Positions 44,661-54,368 of a stretch of DNA of 64,000 bases are shown here, in pieces (the stretch's first letter is position 1; every line of letters starts with the position of its first letter). Origin of the DNA: an uncultured Nitrospinota bacterium (GTDB lineage: Bacteria > Tectomicrobia > Entotheonellia > J063 > CAVPRW01); assembly GCA_963707985.1 (NCBI GenBank), contig CAVPRW010000016.1, positions 71,953 to 135,952 on the forward strand. Reading direction: 5' to 3'. The notes below the pieces were generated by a model. The model made no database searches and had not been told where the DNA came from. It saw nothing but the letters and a program-made list of their open reading frames with translations. The position numbers were made by a program, and so were the translations under genes.

Positions 44661-45093
44661 GGGACAGACGCTTCCGCAGCGGCGGGAAGCGTATCGCTCC
44701 TTATGCGCTGCCGGACTCACTGCCGACCCATTGGAACGGATCAGAAACTGCACGCAGTCAGGGGGCCGTGTATCTGTATCTTGCGGATAGCGGGTGGACT
44801 GCCTTCGGTGATGCGTGCATGATGGCACAATTGGAGGAGAGCACTCGTGCAGGCACAATCTTTGCGCAGGATACATGCCGGTCCATCAGCGGTCTGGCAC
44901 CCATGGCCAGGACTGAGGCCCATGCATACTGCGCTAGGGCTGAACACGCAGACGACCGCACCAGGAGGAGGTGGCCTCGTCAATGGGAGACGCTTCGGCG
45001 TCACCCAAAAAACTCGCAACCAGTTCAATTGCAAGGAGCTTCTCCCTCTTGTCAGGCCACCAAGTATTGTCTCTCAAGAAACCGGGGTGACCC

Positions 45094-46527
45094 ATGGAGC
45101 CTCCAGCCAGACCGCACCAGCGTCCATCCGACCAGCGTATGCCTTCACCTCTCATCGGGGAAAGCGCGTCCATGCAGGCGATCCAAGCCTATATCAGCAA
45201 AGTGGCGGCGACGGATAGTCACGTGCTCATCACCGGAGAAACCGGCACTGGCAAGGAGCTAGTCGCCACGCAGATCCACCAGCGCAGCCGCCGGTGGCAG
45301 CAGCCGTTTCTCTGTCTCAACTGCCCCGCCATCCCTGACAGCCTGTTCGAGAGTGAGCTGTTTGGCTATGAGCGAGGCGCCTTTACTGGGGCTGTCACCT
45401 CCAACCGGGGCGCCTTCGAGCGGGCGGAGGGCGGCACGATCTTTCTTGACGAGATCGGCGATATGCCCCTCTCTGTCCAAGCCAAGCTCTTGCGAGTCCT
45501 CGAAGAGAAGGCTGTGCACCGTTTGGGCGGCCAGCGGCGTATTCCACTGAACCTGCGGATCATCGCCGCCACGAATCAAGACCTAGAGCAACTCGTCGCC
45601 GTGAAGCAGTTCAGATCAGATCTCTATTTTCGGCTGCATGTGGCCAGCATCTACCTGCCACCGTTACGAGACCGCAAGCAGGACCTCTGGCCCTTATGTG
45701 ATCATTATATTCAACAATGGAACCAGGAACGTGGCCTGGAGGTCGAGGGCTTCACGGACGACGTCTTCGAAGCCCTGCTGCGCTATGAGTGGCCTGGCAA
45801 TGTACGGGAGCTCAGAAATCTTATCGAGGCTATCTTTATTTACTGTGAGTCTCGAGCGATTGCTTTCATGGATTTGCCTGAGCCGTTTCGCAGGCGACTG
45901 GGAGACGCCGGGGGGCTTCCGCTAGCCGAGCGGGACCTGTTGCTCGCCGCCCTCGTCTCCACCCATTGGAATAAGAGCCAGGCGGCCCAGCAGCTCCACT
46001 GGTCTCGGATGACCGTCTATCGGAAATTAAAACAATATCAGCTCACGAGCTCCTGCGAGCCTCATGCGCTGCGCCAATCGACACACAGCCGAAGCCCGGA
46101 GAAGGGAGACATTTCCCCAAGCGCGCGCATGCCGCAGGGGACAGCCATGCAGGCCGACCGTCCCACGCACCTGCCGGCCTGGGAGTTGCCAGATGACCTG
46201 TGGCGGCGCATGGAGGCGTTGATCCCCCCACGGAAAAGCCAGGAAGGGCGACCGCGGACCGTTGACCTCCGACGCATCGTAGAGGGAATCTTCTATGTAT
46301 TGCGCACGGGGATCCCCTGGCACGACTGCCCGCGTGAACGCTTTGGCCCATCCAGCACCCTCTACTACTACTTTATCCAGTGGATCCAAGCAGGCGTGTT
46401 TGGACAGTTGTGGGCGGAGGCCATGGCTGTCTCCGACGACCTCAAGGGTCTGGAATGGACCTGGCGGCGCCGGGATCGGGGTAACCGTGCAATCCGTGCG
46501 AATACCCACGATTTCCATGTACAATGA
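45094..46527 (+). CDS. sigma-54-dependent activator (AAA+ and HTH, no sensor domain) reading through into an IS5 fragment
   Basis: GETGTGKE, ELFGYERGAFTGA, LDEIGD, WPGNVREL, NKSQAA..L.WSRMTVYRKL. Confidence 0.88.
   Translation: MEPPARPHQRPSDQRMPSPLIGESASMQAIQAYISKVAATDSHVLITGETGTGKELVATQIHQRSRRWQQPFLCLNCPAIPDSLFESELFGYERGAFTGAVTSNRGAFERAEGGTIFLDEIGDMPLSVQAKLLRVLEEKAVHRLGGQRRIPLNLRIIAATNQDLEQLVAVKQFRSDLYFRLHVASIYLPPLRDRKQDLWPLCDHYIQQWNQERGLEVEGFTDDVFEALLRYEWPGNVRELRNLIEAIFIYCESRAIAFMDLPEPFRRRLGDAGGLPLAERDLLLAALVSTHWNKSQAAQQLHWSRMTVYRKLKQYQLTSSCEPHALRQSTHSRSPEKGDISPSARMPQGTAMQADRPTHLPAWELPDDLWRRMEALIPPRKSQEGRPRTVDLRRIVEGIFYVLRTGIPWHDCPRERFGPSSTLYYYFIQWIQAGVFGQLWAEAMAVSDDLKGLEWTWRRRDRGNRAIRANTHDFHVQ
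46147..46470 (+). mobile_element. IS5-family transposase N-terminal remnant
   Basis: LPDDLW...LIP...GRPR.VD.R.IVEGIFYVLRTGI.W...P..FGP.ST.Y.YF..W...GVF. Confidence 0.85.
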
Positions 46528-47147
46528 TGTCAATCACTTATAGAGTGATAAAAGAAATTTATCCCACCAAAACAATGGCTTGCTGTAGTTTCTCCAGATT
46601 GCATCCTTCCCTCATATGGTCAAGAAACTCATGCGGCTTCACGCACATAGTATTTCAGCAGCCCCCCGAGCCGTTCGCGACCCCGAATCGGACCTTCACG
46701 TCCCCCGTTTAGGCTGGACGAAGGAAAGAGAAGGACATTCCAGATTCCCCCGGATTTAATGGTAAGATCTCAATATTTTGATATCATTGAGATTATTCCA
46801 TGACAGATCAGGCAACTACGCGTCGAGTACATACAGAAAATCGAAGGATAAACGGCTCTCAACTGACGAGGCCCAGGCTGTCTACCACGAAATCTGATGG
46901 CATGTGTCAAGATCAGCAGCCGTCACAGAGGGCATCAACAGCAAGACTACGAGCTGCGCCGTCAGGGCCAGCGGCACGAGGAGGCCATGCAGAAACTGCC
47001 CCACTTGGGTCGCACCGTGTGGCTATCCTGCCACACACTTGCGACCTTCCCTGCTTGTCGTCTTCCGTGCGAACAGGCACATCCCTCTAATGGCGCCGGG
47101 TCCCGACTTCAAACGTCAAAAGGAGGAGGAATCGCGGCAGCGGGGGA

Positions 47148-47263
47148 GGTAGTGGCTCATTTTCGTCGTCCGTGCCGAAAAAACGGGGTCCCGACTAGTC
47201 GTTGATTTTACAAGGTTTCGGCGTGTGCGGGAATGATGCTGAATTTCAAACTGAGTCACTACC
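47148..47263. mobile_element. 116-bp MITE with IS1-like ends
   Basis: GGTAGTGGCTCATTTT ... AAACTGAGTCACTACC (14/16 IR). Confidence 0.65.
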
Positions 47264-47374
47264 TATACCCGTAGGATCCTCGACAGTGGCTGTGTTGTTC
47301 AATGCATTGCGGGACAGTGCTCCTCCGCAAGCATTCCCTGTATACCACGACCGTGCGTCAGTCCTGTGCTTCGT

Positions 47375-48250
47375 TCATCTGGCCGGTGCGACTCGCTTGA
47401 GGAACGCGATAACGGAGTCTGCGAAGATGTCATTCCGATCACCGGCGACCATATGGGCGGCGTTCGCCACGTTCACATACTCGGCGTGTGGGCACTGTTT
47501 CAGGAAGCTCTGCGCCCCTGCTTCACTTAACACATCGGAGAGGCCTCCTCGGACCAACAGCGTTGGCACGTTGAGGTTGTTCGCACAGGCGTGTAGCCGT
47601 TCCCGTCGGGCTGTCTGATCGCCACGCGCGCGGCGCCGGGCAGGATCCCAGTGCCAGTGATACTTGCCATCGGCGCCAAGGCGAACATTCTTGGCGAGCC
47701 CATCGAGCATCCGCGGCCGGGGGCGATGCGGTTGGTAGTTGGCGATGGCATCGGCCACCTCTTGCAGGCTGTCGAAGCCCTCGGGTTTTTGATCCATAAA
47801 TGCCTGGATGCGGCGCGAGCCTTCGGGCTCGGTCTGAGGTGCCATGTCCACTAACACCAGCGCCGCCGCAGCCAAGTGAGATTCGCCAATGGCGATGAGG
47901 CTGACACCGCCTCCCATCGATGCCCCGACCAGGATCGGCCGCTTCCCCCCAAGCGCCTCCACCACGCAGATCAGGTCCTTGACCATGTAGTCCTGACCGT
48001 ATTCGTCCGCCGATGCCCACCCGGAATCCCCATGACCTCGGGCGTCGAACGCTACGGCGTGGTAGCCAGCGTTCCCCAAGGTCTCGCCCGCCCCTTTCCA
48101 TGCGTGACGGGTCTGACCACCGCCGTGCTGAAGGACTACAAGCGGCCCATTGGGGTCACCCCAGGTGTCTCCGGCGATCGTCAGGCCTCCGGCTCCGGTC
48201 CAGGTGTACATAGGCGTCGGCGTTCCCGGTAGTCGCTCTCCTGCGCTCAT
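47375..48250 (-). CDS. alpha/beta fold hydrolase
   Basis: HGGGQ, DARGHGDS, GASMGG, SDVL, AAHMVAGD. Confidence 0.92.
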   Translation of the reverse strand: MSAGERLPGTPTPMYTWTGAGGLTIAGDTWGDPNGPLVVLQHGGGQTRHAWKGAGETLGNAGYHAVAFDARGHGDSGWASADEYGQDYMVKDLICVVEALGGKRPILVGASMGGGVSLIAIGESHLAAAALVLVDMAPQTEPEGSRRIQAFMDQKPEGFDSLQEVADAIANYQPHRPRPRMLDGLAKNVRLGADGKYHWHWDPARRRARGDQTARRERLHACANNLNVPTLLVRGGLSDVLSEAGAQSFLKQCPHAEYVNVANAAHMVAGDRNDIFADSVIAFLKRVAPAR

Positions 48251-48752
48251 ATGTGCTCCCTCTGCATGCGTACAGCAGCTGTCTGTGTCGAAGAATCGAA
48301 ACCATCGCCGATCGTCATCCCGTTCGGTCTCGGCCACCATCGGCTCATGGCGAGAGGAGGAGTGGCGCGTCACCGACGTGCCGACGGGGCCGGCAAGAAG
48401 GTGAAGCACAAGGTTTGTACCGCATTTTTGTCCTGCCGTCCACCATTACTTCGGGCAGGATATGGACGGCTGAAGAAGGACGCCGTATCGGCCGGTCACC
48501 TTGTTCCCCTTGGCTTCTACTCCGCTATCAGCCATTCTCAGCGTCGACATGGATAGCATCGGCAGAGGTGGAAAGCGACGGCGATTGGCAGCATGTGTTG
48601 GTCTCTCTTACTGTCGATGGGCGCAGTCTGCCAGGCTCAGCGCGGCCGCGCATGGCGCGCCCGATGCGGGGAGGACGTCCCCGCGGGAACCCAGGCGCGC
48701 CTGCAACAGATGGACGAGGCAGAGGTATGGATGGGTTTTCGTTCCTGACCGG

Positions 48753-49358
48753 TTAGCGGGTATAGAGGGGATACTGCGGCATCGCAGCGGGTGGGGGCGC
48801 AGTCCCAGCCATTGTTCGCGCGCAGTCGGCCATGAACATGGCGGTGATTTGGTTCGCCGCATAATCGCCGCCGAGGAGCCGGCGCCGCGCCCAGCGGCTC
48901 AGTGCCGCCTCGGTGCGTGGGCCTTTGATGCCGTCGATGGGACCGGGATCAAAGCCCATATCGCGCAGACAGCGTTGCATGGATGCCAAGGCCTCGCCGG
49001 GTGCGACCGGTTCGGCGTAGCTCCCGAGATGAGAGATCTCCGCCAGCATGGTCTGGTCGTTGAGCTGGACAGCCCTGGTGACGCAGTCGAGGATCAGAAG
49101 TTGTCCCACCCGATAGCCATCGGTATAGGGGTTCAGGTCCTTGCTGCCGGCGTAGCGATACGCCATGGTCTCGGTCTGGGTGTTCCATGTGCCGGTCACG
49201 CCGCCGGTATCATAACCCAGCGAGGTCAGGCAGCGTTGCATCACCAGCGTGGTCTGGCGCGATGCATCACGGTCAAATGCCTGAACCCCGGCCGGGTCGG
49301 CGAGTGCAAGCGCGCCCATGATCAGTATGACGGTGAGTGTAGTCTGACGACTTCGCAT
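48753..49358 (-). CDS. secreted protein with two peptidoglycan-binding (PG_binding_1-like) repeats
   Basis: Signal peptide; MQRCLTSLGYDTG.V.G.W...T and MQRCLRDMGFDPGPIDGIKGPRTEAAL; AAGGAG RBS. Confidence 0.78.
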   Translation of the reverse strand: MRSRQTTLTVILIMGALALADPAGVQAFDRDASRQTTLVMQRCLTSLGYDTGGVTGTWNTQTETMAYRYAGSKDLNPYTDGYRVGQLLILDCVTRAVQLNDQTMLAEISHLGSYAEPVAPGEALASMQRCLRDMGFDPGPIDGIKGPRTEAALSRWARRRLLGGDYAANQITAMFMADCARTMAGTAPPPAAMPQYPLYTR

Positions 49359-49614
49359 AAATTCTCCTTTCTTTCGCCTCCTTTCCGTATATATCGGGCC
49401 GCCATGTGCAGGGCTTGACCAGATCGCGCCACTGTCGCACAGTCTCTTTCGTCCATATCGGAAGGTACGCCTGTCACCGGCAACCCATATAATCTTGGTG
49501 GTGGGCGCGCCATATACTGACGGCAGGCGAGTGAGGAACAGCTCAGGAGTTGTGGGAAGGGGTGCTGACGGGGACTGGCTCCTAGATGAATCCCATTCCT
49601 GGGATTGAGGATCA

Positions 49615-49710
49615 GTGATGGGCACTCGAAACGATGACCTCGATTTCTTCACCTGGACGCAGGCCCAGGTGGACACCATGCGGGCCAAGGACTGGGGCGC
49701 TCTAGATAAG
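49615..49710 (+). pseudogene. DUF29 family N-terminal remnant
   Basis: DLDFFTWTQAQ...MRAKDWGALD. Confidence 0.55.
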
Positions 49711-50022
49711 GTGGGGGTGGTCAGACATCGAGTATCCTCTGCTTTTGCGCTGAAATCTGATGTCTTGTGGTATGTGAAGGGCGATGAGCCCCTCGCTTGA
49801 CAGAGGTGCTTCAAGGCCACTCACGGGTCCCAATGCCTCTGCTGCTTCTGCGCTTTGTCTAGACGTCTTAGGGCTCATGGTTTATGATTGGTTAGCTTGA
49901 CTGGGGGCGAAGACCACATTGATTCCATGGGGCGCTTCGGCGACCACGCGGTGGAGCCAGTTGCTGCATTTCATCCAGCCGGGCATGCAGGCAACGAGCC
50001 GTTGCAAAGGGGAGGAGAGGCC

Positions 50023-50946
50023 ATGAAAGCAGTGCTGCTAACGAAACATGGCGGGCCGGAGGTGCTGCAGTACGGAGAGGCGCCGGACCCGATCGCCGGG
50101 CCGGGCGAGGTGGTGGTCGACATTCACGCGGCCAGCGTCAATGCGGCCGATTACAAAGTGCGGTTGGGAAGCTCTCGCTCCAATCTGCGCTTCCCGTATA
50201 TCCTGGGTCGCGACTTCTCAGGCGTGGTCAGCGCGGTCGGCACAGGTGTCACCGACCTCGCCGTCGGTGACGCGGTGTTCGGAGTCTGCGATCAAGGCGT
50301 CGAGGGAGCCTACGCGGAAAAGATCGCCATCAAGGCCGCGATCATCGCCAAGAAGCCAGAGCGCCTCGGCCATGCCGAGGCGGCTGCCATGGCGTTGACC
50401 GGCCTCACCGCGCTGTGGGCTCTCGAGGACACGGCGCAGCTCAAAGCTGGCGAAACCATTCTGATTCAGGGAGGTGCCGGTGGCGTGGCCGGATTCGGCA
50501 TCCAGTTCGCCAAGCATATCGGTGCTACGGTCATCACCACGGCGAGTGCTGCCAACCACGACTATGTGCGCCGACTCGGCGCGGACCGGGTCATCGACTA
50601 CAACACCGAGGATTTCACCAAGGCGGTTTCTAACTGTGACGTGGTGTTCGACACCGTCGGCGGCGAAGTCCAGCTCCGCTCCTATGCCGTTCTAAAGCCT
50701 GGCGGCAGACTCGTCTGGATCTCGGCGGCACCGGAAGGCTCTCAGCCGCCCCGTAGTGATGTAAAGGTCTTGCGCCCGGGGGTAGCCCGTGACCGCAAGC
50801 ATCTGGAGCGCATACTGGAGCTCCTGGATATCGGTGCGGTATGGCCGCCGAACATCATCCGCCACAAGATCACCGACGCGGCTGAGGCGCACCGAGTCAG
50901 CGAATCGCGTCACCTGCAGGGCAAGCTCGTGCTCGAGGTGCGCTGA
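50023..50946 (+). CDS. NADP-dependent oxidoreductase (MDR/quinone reductase-like)
   Basis: HGGPEVL, AASVNAAD, LGRDFSG, GGAGGVA, GKLVL. Confidence 0.92.
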   Translation: MKAVLLTKHGGPEVLQYGEAPDPIAGPGEVVVDIHAASVNAADYKVRLGSSRSNLRFPYILGRDFSGVVSAVGTGVTDLAVGDAVFGVCDQGVEGAYAEKIAIKAAIIAKKPERLGHAEAAAMALTGLTALWALEDTAQLKAGETILIQGGAGGVAGFGIQFAKHIGATVITTASAANHDYVRRLGADRVIDYNTEDFTKAVSNCDVVFDTVGGEVQLRSYAVLKPGGRLVWISAAPEGSQPPRSDVKVLRPGVARDRKHLERILELLDIGAVWPPNIIRHKITDAAEAHRVSESRHLQGKLVLEVR

Positions 50947-51042
50947 TCCCGCGTCATGGCGTGGAAGCGCCCTGGACGTGCCTTCGGGCGTCAGCGAACC
51001 TTAGAAAAAACCGCGACTTATACGCGAAAGGAAGAGAAACCG

Positions 51043-51417
51043 ATGACAGACAATGCGCAGATGATCATCGACCTTGACAGAAAACGCATGAACGCCATGG
51101 CCCAAAAGGATATCGCCACACTGAACGCCTTGTTGTCCGATAACCTGATCTACACCCACTCGACGGCCAGACTCGACACCAAAAAGAGCTTCATCGAGGC
51201 CATGGAATCCGGCAGAACGGTCTATACAGGGGTCGAGCCTTCCGATGTCAAGGCACAGGATTTGGGCACTGCGGTGGTGCTGACAGGAATGGCCCGCATG
51301 CACGTCATGTCTAACGGGAGGCCCAATAATTTTGGCGTCCGATTTACTGACGTGTACGTCAACAACGGCGGCCAGTGGCAAATGGTGGCCTGGCAGTCCA
51401 CCCGGCTTCCCGAATAA
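51043..51417 (+). CDS. NTF2-like (DUF4440) protein
   Basis: LLSDNLIYTHS, RFTDVY....GQWQMVAWQST. Confidence 0.85.
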   Translation: MTDNAQMIIDLDRKRMNAMAQKDIATLNALLSDNLIYTHSTARLDTKKSFIEAMESGRTVYTGVEPSDVKAQDLGTAVVLTGMARMHVMSNGRPNNFGVRFTDVYVNNGGQWQMVAWQSTRLPE

Positions 51418-51636
51418 ACAGCGCCTGGCGCCTCTGATGTCCTACACGGGCCACGGGGACGATCTCACGCGGTGAGGCGCCGGCCACTCCGCCAGGAGGG
51501 CGATAGGCCTACTCGATGTCGAGGAGGGCGCTCAGCCCGGTGGAACGTGGGGTCCCTCGCCCGGGAACCAGCGTCGCCTCAAGGACTTCAAATAGCTCTT
51601 CCTTGGTGGCGTCGAGGTGACGTCGGGAGGTGCGCT

Positions 51637-52263
51637 ATGCAACGTGTCGTCATCTACCTAAAGCGTCGGACGGATCTCCTCCAGCCGGTCTTCTTCGATT
51701 GGTGGCTGGGCCAGCACAAGGCACTGGCCGAGCGACTCCCTGGACTGCGACGATACATCATCTCCCTCGCCGCCGACGCGCTGGAGGGCGCCTTTGACGG
51801 TATGGCCGAACTCTGGTTCGACGACCTGGCGGCGGCCGATGCGGCCTTTGCCAGCCCAGCGGGCCAAGCGGCACGCGCCGACGCCGACGCACACGTGGCT
51901 CGACGCGAACGCCTGAACCTGACGGAGCATACGATTATCGACCATCCCACTCCACCCCGCTTCAAGTACACCGCGGGCCTCAAGCGCCGCGTCGCTATGA
52001 ACCGAGAGGCATTCGCCCACTGGTGGCTGGAGCGCCATGTCCCCTACGTAAAGCGGTTTCCAGCCCTGCGGAAGTATTCCGTTTCCCTTGTGGAGTCCGG
52101 CCCCGAAACCATCGTCGACGGTCTCGCCGAAGTCTGGTTTGACGACATGGCCACGTGGCAGCGCGTCACCGCAAGCGAGGTGGTCCAGGAGGCGCAGCAG
52201 CACTCGGTTGCCCACACCAGCAACCGCATCCGCCTCTCCGTGGTGGAACATCATATCCGTTAG
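51637..52263 (+). CDS. tandem EthD-domain protein
   Basis: Two LKRR...F..WW...H....P.LR.Y...DG.AE.WFDD repeats. Confidence 0.88.
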   Translation: MQRVVIYLKRRTDLLQPVFFDWWLGQHKALAERLPGLRRYIISLAADALEGAFDGMAELWFDDLAAADAAFASPAGQAARADADAHVARRERLNLTEHTIIDHPTPPRFKYTAGLKRRVAMNREAFAHWWLERHVPYVKRFPALRKYSVSLVESGPETIVDGLAEVWFDDMATWQRVTASEVVQEAQQHSVAHTSNRIRLSVVEHHIR

Positions 52264-52636
52264 CTCCCAGAGGTTTCTGCCGTCTTTATGGACAAGCGGG
52301 CCGCCGCGAGCCAGGTCCATGGGAGTTGGACCAGACAAGGGAGAGTATGATGAGTATCCCCACGTTCGACATCACCGCGCAGAAAATGTTGATCGTTGGA
52401 GGATGGCGCCGATGTGGCGGCCAGCGCCCGGACCATCCGATCGAGATGCGGATTATCCCCCTCAGGCGTCTGTTGTTCATGCCACGCCCACGAGTGACCA
52501 TTGGCACTGGCATGATCAGCGCGAGTCGGGGATAATGGCCGGCGACACGTGCCAGACAGTCGTATAGGCTCTTACGGCGTGCGGGGAGCCTGCAGATAGC
52601 GGAGGGGGCAACACAATGAGTATGAGGGAAAGCGCT

Positions 52637-53995
52637 ATGGGAGCAACCGACGGACTGGTTCAGTTTATCACAGACACGCACTACGATACCCTCCCCCAGG
52701 AGGTCATCAGCGCCGCGAAGATCGGCATCATGGATGGTGTGGCCAACATGCTTGCGGGTGCCACCCAGCCGCTCGCGGCGGTTATCAGCACGTACGTGCA
52801 GCAGCTCGGCGGAGCGCCGCTATGCAATGTCGTGGGGCACGATTTGCAGACCAATGCGCCGTCGGCGGCCTTTGCCAACGGGGTTTTTCTACACTGCCTG
52901 GATTTCGAGATTCAGGGGCAGCCTCCGACCCATGGGACCTCGGCCGTGTTACCTCCAGCCCTGGCTCTGGGCGAAATGTCCAGCGCGCCAGGTGCCCGGC
53001 TCATCGAGGCGTACGTCATCGGCTGGGAGCTACAGGCGCGTTTTCGCCGCGCCTCAGCGCGTTGCAACCTGCGCGGGTTTCATCCCCCAGGCCTATTTGG
53101 CCCTGTAGGGGCCGCTGCCGCCGGCGCCAAGATGCTCGGACTCGATCAGACGCAAATGCATATGGCCCTGGGCATTGCCGCTTCTCATACCGGCGGGCTG
53201 ACCGCCAACACCGGCACCATGGTGAAATCGACGCATCCCGGGGCTGCGGCGCGCCAGGGCGTCGAGGCAGCCTTGTTGGCTCAGGCAGGGTTCCTCAGCC
53301 ACGACAGCATTATTGAGGCGCACCAGGGGTATGTCGACGTCCTCTTCGGTGCCGAGTTCGACTGGGATGCCCTGACCCGCGACCTGGGCACCACCTTCCA
53401 GCTCGTCGCCCCTGGCTTCAATATCAAGCGCTATCCGGCACAGATTTATATGCAGTGGGCGATCGAGGCGGCACAGACCCTCCAGCAGCGCCACCGCATT
53501 CGTGCGGAAGACGTGACCTATCTGGAATTGGAGGTCCCGGCGGGGCTTGTCAGACGGGGCCATGAGGAGGTCAGGAGCGGCCTGGACGGCAAGTTCAGTT
53601 TCGCCTACTGTGGGGCCGTCGCACTCGCCGAGGGGCAGGTGGATATCGACTCATTTAGTGATGCCACACGATTTTCACCACGGGTCGAAGCCCTCTTACC
53701 CAAGGTGCGGATCAAGGCCAACCCGGACATTCCGACGGGTATCCCCGATACCTGGGCTGTCGCCCGAGTGGGCCTGGGTGATGGGCGGGAACTTAGTGAA
53801 CAGTGTCGTCATTACCGCGGCTCCATCGCCAACCCCATGAGTCGGGACGAGCACCTGAGCAAGGTCAGAGCATGCGCGCGGCGGAGCCTCCAGCCCTCGG
53901 ACATTGAGCGCGTCATCGGCATGGTTGAGACGCTGGAGACCCTCCCAGACCTGCGCCAGCTCATGGGGATTCTGGGGCATAAGTCGGTACCCTAA
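52637..53995 (+). CDS. MmgE/PrpD family protein
   Basis: AFANG...H.LDF, PTHG, GFHP, K..H.G, IKRYP, GKFS, GS..NPM. Confidence 0.92.
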   Translation: MGATDGLVQFITDTHYDTLPQEVISAAKIGIMDGVANMLAGATQPLAAVISTYVQQLGGAPLCNVVGHDLQTNAPSAAFANGVFLHCLDFEIQGQPPTHGTSAVLPPALALGEMSSAPGARLIEAYVIGWELQARFRRASARCNLRGFHPPGLFGPVGAAAAGAKMLGLDQTQMHMALGIAASHTGGLTANTGTMVKSTHPGAAARQGVEAALLAQAGFLSHDSIIEAHQGYVDVLFGAEFDWDALTRDLGTTFQLVAPGFNIKRYPAQIYMQWAIEAAQTLQQRHRIRAEDVTYLELEVPAGLVRRGHEEVRSGLDGKFSFAYCGAVALAEGQVDIDSFSDATRFSPRVEALLPKVRIKANPDIPTGIPDTWAVARVGLGDGRELSEQCRHYRGSIANPMSRDEHLSKVRACARRSLQPSDIERVIGMVETLETLPDLRQLMGILGHKSVP

Positions 53996-54368
53996 CGTCC
54001 CAGGCAGCGTCCATCAGTTCGTCCGACAGTACCGCCAGGCTGGTGGCCAGATCGACGTGACCATCTTTGAGGGCGAGGGCGAAGGTCTGCTGCTCCATCT
54101 CTCCTCGCCCGTGGCACAGCAGACCTCGAGCAGATGATCACGTTCATCCATCAGCACCTCGGGTGAGCACAGGGCTCTGTCGACTGCGATGACAGTGCCC
54201 CATGTACGGCCCTAAAGGGTGTTCGGACAGACAGGCTGGGCGTCGCCTGTGGGGGAGCATTGGAGCAGTGCTGGGGAGAGTGCCCTAACTGTTCGGATGC
54301 TCCGCACAGGCGGCCCGCTGTAGACATGACGTCCAGCTGTGCCGTTGTCCGAGTGACGAGGGAGATGT

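Noticed and set aside
49359..49820. Long N-terminal extension of the peptidoglycan-binding protein
   Set aside because: An RBS and signal peptide define the start at 49358.
52348..54165. SDR-like stub at 52348 and hydrolase-like tail at ~53996-54165
   Set aside because: Too short to assign with confidence; probably deletion remnants.
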